A stretch of DNA of 59,461 nt, counting the filler, from Sphacelaria rigidula (lineage: Eukaryota): NCBI GenBank assembly GCA_964200075.2. It is 8 parts of 8 records of this genome, joined end to end, with 100 filler letters (N's around TTAATTAATTAA, not from the genome) between each part and the next. Parts side by side here need not be neighbours in the genome. Positions count along the whole stretch, not along the records: positions 44,672 to 52,016 come from CAXNAA020015333.1; positions 52,117 to 59,461 come from CAXNAA020015334.1; 6 more parts are not named here. One strand, written 5' to 3'. The notes under the pieces are model-generated. The model worked only from the letters and a program-made list of their open reading frames with translations, did no database searches and was not told the DNA's origin. A program made the position numbers and the translations under genes. Of this stretch, positions 50,432 through 59,461 are shown one piece after another. How positions within the stretch are numbered: position 1 is the stretch's first letter; each line of letters starts with the position of its first letter.

Positions 50432-51388
50432 TAGACTGAAAAAAGTCTCTGAGAAAAGTCGTTTTGGTCAGTCTCCATAGACTTTTTTCAGAACGCGATC
50501 TTGTAGGGCCATTTTTCATGAAGAAAGCCTCTGGAAATTGGCCACAATTTGTAGACAGCGGGATTCTGGCAAATCTCTCTGCGAGAAGCCATCGATTCGC
50601 AGAGACTTTTATCAGTCTGCGAATTGTCGTTCCAGCACACACTCCTCGCATACAAGCGTAGTACAGTCAATTCAAAAGTAGTTGCCCATGTTGTATGTAC
50701 AGTACAGTGCCAACAGCGTAACTGCTGCAGCACTCCGTGCATCCTTTTCATGACCGTAGAACCAGGGACAGTCAGTACAGACAGTGCATTGTTTTTTTGC
50801 CGGCAGCGTTGCTACCGTAAAATAGCACGATGTCACCCCTGCTGGCTGCGTTGACTATGCTCGTATCGTTTCATGCTCGTCGTGCCCGTCACCGATCGCG
50901 GAGTCTGTAGTATTCTGCATACTCAGACGGTTGCTACCGCGCTACTAACTGTCACGTGATTTTTTTGTGTGCGGTATGGCACAAACCGTCTGCTGCACAT
51001 ATTGCGCCGCTTGCGACACGACTAATACTGTACCAAGCGGCGATCGGCTGAAGTAAGAGTTGATACGCCCATCATTTCGATCCCTACTATACCAGTAGCT
51101 ACTGTGCGTGTGCATGTGCGTGTGTGTTGCCATCCCATCCATGCTGTACCTTGATGGGATTATTCACGTGTTGGTCTACCACAGGCTCGCCGCAGGTGGC
51201 ACAAACACAGAATGCAAACGATGACCACTACCAGGGTGGCACGCAGTCTAGATGATGGCCTCGGGTGTACAAATCCCCAGGATTTTTTCGTAGACTACAA
51301 GGTTGGGTTCTGAAAACTGATTTCTCTGGAGAAAGTCTCTGGGAAAAGTCGTCCAAAATGACTTCTCTCAGAGACTTTTTTCAGTCTA
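50432..51388. mobile_element. Non-autonomous TIR element
   Basis: 36-bp TIRs TAGACTGAAAAAAGTCTCTGAGA(A/G)AAGTC(G/A)TTTTGG, 34 of 36 matching, with internal subterminal repeats. Confidence 0.75.
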
Positions 51389-51544
51389 TGAGAAGCGGCC
51401 TTATGACGTATTATTTTGATTTGATTTTATTGATTGTCGCACTTTAACTGACCCCCCAGGGGTTCAGCCGTGGTCTCATGATAGACGTACCCAAGAAAAA
51501 CGAAACTGAAACGTGTACTTTTGAACACTCGGGTAAAATACCCG

Positions 51545-51900
51545 GGTACTTACTCTACGCAACGTTTGGGTAGATTGAGTACGACCTCAATACTCTACCC
51601 AAATGTTGGGCAGATTGGGTACGGCCTCAAATACTTCACCCAGATGTTGGGTAGATTGAGTACGACCTCAAATACTCTACCCAATATCAGGTAAGTACTC
51701 TCGGTAATACTTGAGTATAGTGTATCACTTGGGTGTGACCTCAATACTTTACTAAAAAATTGGATAGATTGAATATGACCTCAAATACTCTTTAGCCAAA
51801 TTTGGGGTAGATTGGGTACGATCTCAAGTGCTCTACCCAAATTTTGGATACCAAGAGTATGACGTTTCAAAAATACCGAGTATTGGGTATATACTCTACC
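51545..51900 (+). repeat. Degenerate tandem repeat, ~41-bp unit
   Basis: Recurring TTGGGTAGATTGAGTACGACCTCAAATACTCTACCCAAATG. Confidence 0.85.
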
Positions 51901-52117
51901 CGACCTGCCCTTGCAAAGGTTCCAAATGTGTGGACAATACGATCGAGTCATCCTACGATAGGGGGGGGGGTATTTTGGGCCATTTGTTGCTCGAAATTTC
52001 GAGTCAGATCGCCGTTNNNNNNNNNNNNNNNNNNNNNNNNNNNNNNNNNNNNNNNNNNNNTTAATTAATTAANNNNNNNNNNNNNNNNNNNNNNNNNNNN
52101 NNNNNNNNNNNNNNNNA

Positions 52118-52399
52118 GGCGTTGGCTATCAGCACAGTAAAGTGGTGAGGCAAAGGACGGCCGAGATCGGGAGTAGCAGCCACCGTGTGATCGACATGTC
52201 CGTGGCTTGCCCGGGGGGCAAGAGGCGTCGTGAACGGGAGAGAGAGGTCGTTGCGGATGGGGAGAGGGAGAGCGATGAAGAGGGGGAGAGGACCGACAAG
52301 AAGAGCAGTAAATCGAGCAAGCGAAAGAAGTCCAAGAAGAGGAAGAAGGAGAGAGGCGGTGATGAGGGAAGAAGTTCGTCGTCCAGGAAAAAAAAAAAG
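52118..52399 (+). CDS. Penultimate exon (5' end cut) of a Lys/Arg/Ser/Glu-rich protein
   Basis: Open from the block start to AAG|GTACGC, phase 0; KKSSKSSKRKKSKKRKKER. Confidence 0.7.
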
Positions 52400-53284
52400 G
52401 TACGCGTTTCGATCGATTGCGCTTTTTGCTGACGCTGTCAGTTTTCAAAACGATGTGTATGCACTATTAAGGGAAGGACCTGCGCTGTTCCTTTCACCCG
52501 AGTTTCACGACATCGCCCGAGAACTGACACTTTTTTTTTGGAATAGGCGTCGGCGTCTCGTGCATGCACTTGCTTGTTTACACCCTCGTCTATTCGAGTG
52601 CCGCATCGGAGCGGCAATGGTGAGAGATGTGACTTGGCGTACTCGAACAAGACGTACCTGGGGTCGATACCTCAGCTGTACGGAGAAAATCACAACGAAA
52701 GCGCGAAATCAATGTTCCAACTGGGCCAGCCTTAAGATGGGCGTGTCTCTAGCCAGCGATAACTTTCCAAGTTTGACAAATTAGCCGGATGTAAGTATAT
52801 CGCTGTGGAGTGCAGACCAACCTGGTGATGCACGCCTCGTCGTGAAAAATTAAACAAACAATGTACTTCGTATTGCATAATATGTGACCTCAACGACGGA
52901 ACCAGACTGGACGAAAAAAAAGTATCTGTCGACATTGGAACCCATGATCTTCCGCCCTTCAAGAAGTCGGCAATACCAGCCAGCCAACGAGGTGCAACGG
53001 TGTCACACAAAAAGTGGAATGCACGGCCAAATTTGAAGAGTTTCGAGCTGAAATTTCACACTCGCGTTCTACACATCAACACGCACAAGCTGATTGCGGT
53101 AGTCAAAAATATGTATACATACACAAGTTCCCTTGCCGGCCTTCCCCCGGCAGCGGTCCCTTTTTTAATGGGTCACGCCTGACACCTTATAAACAGCCAA
53201 GCTCTCGTGTTTTGTAGTAGTTGGTGTTTTTATGTCGACCCGGAGGCTGAGACTAGGATCATCATTACACTTGGAACGAAAATT

Positions 53285-54290
53285 GGGGGGGCGGGGGAAG
53301 GAGTTCATGTCTCGAGTGCAGGACTCAAGTAGTAGAACTATTAGAGTTTGCCCTCGGATCGAGACTTTTCACGGATACTCATGGTCAGCGTCTCTTGTCC
53401 TCGTGTTTCATGGCCGTCGATACCCATTGGTACAGTCGGCGCATATCGAAATTATGAAGCGAGCGGTTCAGCGAGGGCACGGGCAGTAACGCGCATCGAA
53501 TCCGCGCATTGGACCCCTAGCATTAGGAATTTACCGCTTGTTCCGCGGGGACGCGCGGGCAGCATTCCAGGGCGTATCTGCTCAGCCACATGAATCACAT
53601 CTTGAAGAACCTAAAGCACACAGAAGTGTGGGTGGTGGTGACATGTTTGCGTCTGTGTCCCCGCCGGCGTAAACCATCTTTAATGTTTTTGTCATGCGGT
53701 TGATATACGGCATCACCGACGGGAAACACAACGGATCTGCCGAGATTCAAGCTCACCTCAACACACTGCACCACCAACGAGAAACAGAAAACGTGCTCTG
53801 CCCCGATGTTTTCCTCTACTCAGTGTTGTGTTGTGCAAACCATCACCGCGTGTGTCCTCGGCTCGCAGGGCCCGTCCCCTCACGCGGACACCCGCTCTTT
53901 TTTATTCATGATGGAGGCATATACTGTGTGAGCGCCGCGTTGCCATCAAATAGACTTGAAATAGAATTCGGGGCGCTGGGGAAGGAGTTCATGTCTCGAG
54001 TGCAGGACTCAAGTACTCAAAGTCATGGAGTTTGCCCTCGGATCGAGAGTTTCTACGGACGTTCATCGTCAGCGTGATATTCCCACGTGTTTCGTTGCCG
54101 CCATAACCCATTGATATCGTCAACGCACATCGAAATGATGAAACGTTCGTTCGAACGGTCGCGAACACAGGTGTACACCCACACAGAATGTAGCACGAAT
54201 CCGCGCACTGGACCCCTAGCATTGGCGTTCGCCCGAACTGTCATTCCCCGACGCGGGTGCCGCGGGATCTGCACAATCATTTCAGCATAA
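53285..54290 (+). repeat. Two diverged direct copies of ~300 bp (53285-53590 and 53970-54290)
   Basis: Shared GGGGAAGGAGTTCATGTCTCGAGTGCAGGACTCAAGTA, GAGTTTGCCCTCGGATCGAGA and GAATCCGCGCA.TGGACCCTAGCATT. Confidence 0.85.
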
Positions 54291-54878
54291 ATCGCGTGGA
54301 CGCCTCCTTACGATCATCGCTGCGCGCTCGTTCATCCTGAATATATTATATACAACTGTATATATGTTTGTTGAGTTATGACAGTTTTGCGGGGGTGCGA
54401 AACACGTCAGTCAGGAGGCTTGCTGTGGTAGGCGACAGGGCGTACGGGATCCATTAGCTTCACAAGGCATGATGCACTCTTTGTGTAGGGTAGGGCGAAA
54501 CATTTTGAAATGAGACATGATATCCTCGAAACGTTGTTCATGAGCTTTGTAATAGAGCAGTTCCTCAGCGCCTGTTGCGGGTCTTGACATCCGAAATGGC
54601 GCTTCTACAAGTGAATAGCAACAGAAAACACATTTTTTCGCCCGAATGTCGCCGGAAAGATGGACGTCACAAACTCTCAGACCATCAATATATGTATATG
54701 TCAGCTTTCAGCTAGGGCCTGGCACAAGTTTCAACTCTTGCCCGTATTATTTTCAAATAAAATGTATTATGAGCGTAAATGTCTCGCCGCTGGATACCCA
54801 AATTAGTATATTTGCGTCCGCTATTTCCATAATTTATCCAAATAAATATGTTCCTTTTCGGAACAACATTTTACACTA

Positions 54879-55853
54879 CGAGCTGAGCCAGCAGTAAATC
54901 CCGCATCGCTTTCCACACCACAACTTCCTAAGTTTCCAAAATCAGCGTGACTTGAGCATATTGCTGTGAAGTGCAGACCAACCCGGTAACACACGGCACC
55001 GCCGCTTAGTGAAGGAAAAAATGTACTGCTGTGGAGACCAAGTATGTATGAGCGTAATGACACCGAAATACATATGTAAGCCGGAGAAACAGTCACAGGA
55101 ATGGAGCCCGCCAGTGACACACATGGGCGGACTCGAAACGTTCATACCTGTGAACTGGATCTCTAGTAAACCTAGGCAACGGGATCTCCGGTACAAGAAC
55201 TCAGAATAATAAGAGTCACCGCATGAATCCTGGTTGAACAGGACCGGTACAGCCGTACCGACCCGTTCACCTCGTTCTTCTAGCCTACCCTTGACCACGG
55301 TCGAATCCTTGCCTAAACGTCAAAGAGAAAATCACGCCTCTCTTTGGAGATCCTTCAGCAGCAGGGTACGACAACGTTCTACTGCCTCACCTCAAGCAAA
55401 GCCTGTTTCACACTGCATAATATATCATCTCAAGGACTGATGAAAAAAGACAATCTGTCGGGATTTGAACTCATGACCTCGATGACTGGAGTTTCCTGTA
55501 TCGCTTAGATTAAAGAGGTGCGGCCGTGTCACATCAAGGGTGCGATGCGGCGCCAAATTCGAGGTATTTTTGGGTGAAACTTGACCGGGATGTTCTGGAC
55601 GCGAGTGCCCACAATGTTGTTCAGGGTGCAGCCGTTTTTATCAATTTGTCTGGGAGTTATAGCATTTTCCCTGATTTCGCTGAAACTTCAGCTCTCTCTA
55701 ACTTCCTGTTTTTCTTTTTTTCCCTTCTGCACCCCCAATAAGGTTGCGCGGGCTGATGATAAATATCGCGTCAAAGTTTCAGCGCCCAACTCTTCAAATT
55801 ACCAAAATCGCATGGCCATTCATTAAAAAATCACAGGCAGCTGGTCCAGCTCG
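54879..55853. mobile_element. Non-autonomous TIR element (CGAGCTGG family) with TA target duplication; shorter relatives at about 52718-53207 and 40175-40712
   Basis: TA|CGAGCTGAGCCAGC ... GCTGGTCCAGCTCG|TA; internal blocks match 52740-52870, 52925-53060 and 40333-40450. Confidence 0.75.
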
Positions 55854-57849
55854 TAGACGATCGGACTGAAGAGGAGAAAGCTGCCACTCTGCTCTTCTCT
55901 ATGGTGCCGCAGAAGCGAGGCGAAAGATGATCCGTGACGAACGGTCAAGTTCATGTCTACCCAAAGAATCTGAAAACCCCGTAGTCTCCATACTACCGAT
56001 ACGATGCACTGCACCCATGTACAACAACTCAGTGTTTTACTGAGAGAAAAGAGTTCAAGCATAGCCCCACGTGAACGGCACTTTAAATGTACCACCAAAC
56101 AGTAGCACTACAGTATGTACAGTGTAATAGCTGCCTTGCGGGGTCGGATGATCAGCGGTACGGTAGCTCCTTTGCGGGATTCCGCCCTCAACGAAATTAG
56201 CCGCCCGCTCTGCTCTTCTCCGCCGCAAGATCCTCTTCGAAGTTGACCTCATGACGCTCCCATTAGTCCTCACCAGCGTCTGTGGCCAAACCAATCGCCC
56301 ATCCTCGCCGGTGTCAATGATCCCAAACAGAGCAGCCTCTGCTTCCTTTCGTGATGAAGCACTTGCTCCTTCGTAGTGCACTCTGGTTCTGGTCTATAGT
56401 AAGTGCCTCGTCCAGTAGGCCCAACCAGACCTAGACCGTCCGTCGACGACCGCTCCTCCTCCATCCTTGTGGCCGAAACCAGTCTACACACCGGCACACC
56501 CTCTTTTGTATCAAAGCTGTGCGTGCCAGCTTTCGACAGCGGTGTCATCTACCTCGAACACGGGATTTTACAAATGGGGGATGCATTTTTTGGGGAGGTG
56601 GAGAAAGTCACAAGTTGAACCGGGAAGTACAACAATGATTATTTACAAATATTATTGTTTCACTTTTCGGATAGTCGCCCGAGGTTTGGGAGGGCGTTCA
56701 GCGGCGGCGACGGCGGCGGCGGCGGCGGCGCGAGCCAATGCCGGGGCACGGAAGCAACCACCATGGTTGATGTTGACTGTAAGATATGGGGAGCCTGAGA
56801 AGTCGAGGTAGTCCATGGAAAGTGCCCGTGGGAGGACATCGATTGTATTTGCGATCCGATCGGATCGCACAAATGCAAAACATCCGTTGCACCCGTGTAC
56901 CAATCCTTTTTAATGTTAACGCAGATTATATTCTAGATTCATTTCTTTTTCACTGTAACTCGCCGTTGGATCTGCTCAGGACCTTGTGGGGCCCATCGAA
57001 ACTACTGGAGGTTCTGAAATCACGCATGTGCATGAAAACAATATAAAACTAGATTCTGTTCGATGTTCGGATAGATTCAAATCGAAAGTGCAACTACCAA
57101 CCCGCTTTTTGCATTTTTCGGCCAAACTTTTGACCTTGTCCACCCCCCCCCCCAAAAAAAAAAAAAATCCTTTCCCCCCCCCCATTTGGAAAATCCCGTG
57201 TTCTCGGCGCACACACCGAATCCCAACATGCCCGCACTCAGGGTGTTGATATATTATACTGCTGCATTACAGGAGGGGTGGGTGTGTCTGATGACCAGCG
57301 CTCCCTCACATCACGGCCTTGGCCAAGGGTAGTAGTGAGAAGAAATCATTTCTTGAAAGTGATTTGGGCCGTACACCCGCCGTAAGGACACTCCCCACGC
57401 CGTACTGACAAGACCGGTCATGGCCTTCGTTCGAGCACGGGGAACGGAGAAAATACTCTGCGAGAAAAACTTGGGAGTGGCTGTTGCATGATAATTATCG
57501 AGCCGCATACAATATAGTTCTCGCCCAAAACTGACAAGAAGAACATTCTTGATCATTTTGGTCATGTTTTTTTATCTAGTTCAGGGTTCTTTGGGGGCAG
57601 GATTACGAACCCGCTTTCAGACGGTTATGATGTGTACCTAAGTAAAATATTATGGTCTTACATGTTTTTTATGATGACGGGTTCCGCCACGGTACAGATC
57701 GTAGCACTGCCCGGCTTGGTTTTTGCTCGACAAGGTTTGCGCCAAAAGTGAATGGTCTAAGCACTGTACGCCAACATTTCGCGCATCGCCGTTCTCGTCT
57801 CCTACTGCGTGTCCACGACTGCTTTACGCTGTCCGCTCGTACCGGTCAG

Positions 57850-58452
57850 AGCAAGAAGGACAAGAGGGACCAAAAAAGCAGTGGTCGACGAGAGAGCGGG
57901 AAATCAAGTCGACGTATCCGACATTCCAAAGAAGCGAACTCATCATCATCATCAGACGATGACGATGACGACAACAACGACAACAAGGCGGAGGAACGAA
58001 GGGAAATATCCAAGTCTCGTCCGTCGCGACGAGGGCACAAAAAGAAGCGCGGCAAGAGCAGAAAACATAGCGAACGAAACCGCGCCTCTGAACGGGGAGC
58101 AAAGAGTGATTCAAAAGACAACAAAACACGAAGATCCTCCTCTAGCTCTTCCTCTAGTGGCAGCGATACATCAGACTCCGGTGACGAGGTTGGCCCTAAT
58201 CCAAGTCTTGTGGCTTCGGATCTGCGTAAAGGTGTTCTTGGCCCTGCGAGGCCTGAGTGTGCGGTAGACATGGGTGGTCTGGTAGCTGGGGGTAAGGCGG
58301 ATACCGCTTTGGAGGGAGCGAGGGTACCGTTACAGCGCCTGAGGGGTTTGATTGAGGAAAAACTGAGGGCGAAGGCACGTGGAGGCGATACGGCTGTGAA
58401 GACGGAAAACGGGGCGTATGCCGGAGACAAGAGTGATGTAGCGGAGTCGTGA
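57850..58452 (+). CDS. Terminal exon of the same Lys/Arg/Ser-rich protein
   Basis: tcag| acceptor in phase 0; SKKDKRDQKSSGRR continues the composition of the previous exon; 200 codons to TGA. Implies a ~5.4-kb repeat-filled intron. Confidence 0.7.
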   Translation, partial: SKKDKRDQKSSGRRESGKSSRRIRHSKEANSSSSSDDDDDDNNDNKAEERREISKSRPSRRGHKKKRGKSRKHSERNRASERGAKSDSKDNKTRRSSSSSSSSGSDTSDSGDEVGPNPSLVASDLRKGVLGPARPECAVDMGGLVAGGKADTALEGARVPLQRLRGLIEEKLRAKARGGDTAVKTENGAYAGDKSDVAES

Positions 58453-59461
58453 AAAGGGTTTGTTGCTTATTTTCCTCCCCTCTAGTGTGGTTGATTCTGG
58501 TTCTCTTCTGTACTTGTACCCGAGAAAAAATAGTCCAGGCTCGTGCTGCACAAGTGAGGGGACGGATCACTGACCGGTGGCAACAGTTCTCGCACGGTTT
58601 GAAGTTTGTTGCTCTCTGCGTGCACGCTCAAGTAATTGGTGACACTTCGTCTGTTTTACACCACCTCAGTATCTTTGAATCTTTTACACCGATTCATTTA
58701 CGATAATGACCTTCGGACGCGATGTGTTGTCGATTTTTGACGCCGTTTGCAACGTGGATATGCACCGAAGCTCACGACCTAAGCGGGCATCAGATGGCAT
58801 GATGTTGGATGCTGGTCGCGTTCTCTCTCTTCAGCCAGCTCACCAGCCTTGCGCGATTCGGCGTGATTCATACGTCAACGAAGATCACTACGGCTGTTGA
58901 GCTCTCCAGTGCAATGACCGACAGTACATTCAGGACATTATGAGCGCGTCAGGCAGGAGGCGTTATGTATCATGATTTTGAACAGCCGGTTTCATGTATC
59001 CCCTGATGAGGGAAAATAGGCTTGCTATTTACGTCAATGTTTCCGTAATCTGTTGCATCCGTCAGCGTTGACGTACTCTGTTACATCCGTCAACGTTCAG
59101 CATCCGTCCCACAAGCCCCGCATGGACACAGCCACACATGAAAAACATTCACAGTCTCTAGCTATCGTTCAAGCCATCGCACGGAGCAAACGGGCCCGTA
59201 TCGGATGAGATACGTGCTTAGCTGTCATAACGTTGTGCTACACACGATGTGCTGATCACAGAAAAGTGATCGAAAAGGCCGTAAGCTTCGAATAGGCAAG
59301 CCCGGACGCCGGTGGACACATCAAGTTGTTACCGTGATAGCTGAGGTCATGGGCTGGGTATAGGCAGCAGAGTTGCATATCGGACCAGGAGAAAAGTTCG
59401 ATAGGTATTTTCAGAATATCGAACCACAACCGCTGATATCGATATTTTTGTCGATATTCCG

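Noticed and set aside
57846-58430. 194-aa minus-strand ORF
   Set aside because: Antisense shadow of the + strand exon.

Overview
Eukaryotic, intron-rich, repeat-rich DNA, most consistent with a brown alga (inferred from splice signals, repeat content and stramenopile-like gene fragments; species not determinable). The window is not contiguous. It is eight blocks of about 7,345 bp (1-7346, 7447-14791, 14892-22236, 22337-29681, 29782-37126, 37227-44571, 44672-52016, 52117-59461) joined by an artificial N44-TTAATTAATTAA-N44 linker. Supported genes are partial: four exons of a WDR17-like WD40 gene (with a probable GC-AG intron), two exons of a PTEN/tensin-type phosphatase-C2 gene, an LRR exon, and the last two exons of a Lys/Arg/Ser-rich protein. 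Most of the rest is decayed LINEs, a Copia fragment, tRNA-derived SINEs, MITEs and satellites. The standout is a 6.3-kb tandem array (about 30040-36378) of about 12 units of 480-520 bp. Each unit folds on the + strand into a long hairpin (arms about 140 bp) preceded by a short one. In the stems counted, G:U pairs strongly outnumber A:C mismatches, some compensatory changes occur, and the arm sequence looks like a protein-coding fragment. It is a candidate hairpin-RNA (siRNA/miRNA precursor) cluster built from an inverted gene fragment. All alignments and counts were done by eye; no database searches were run.
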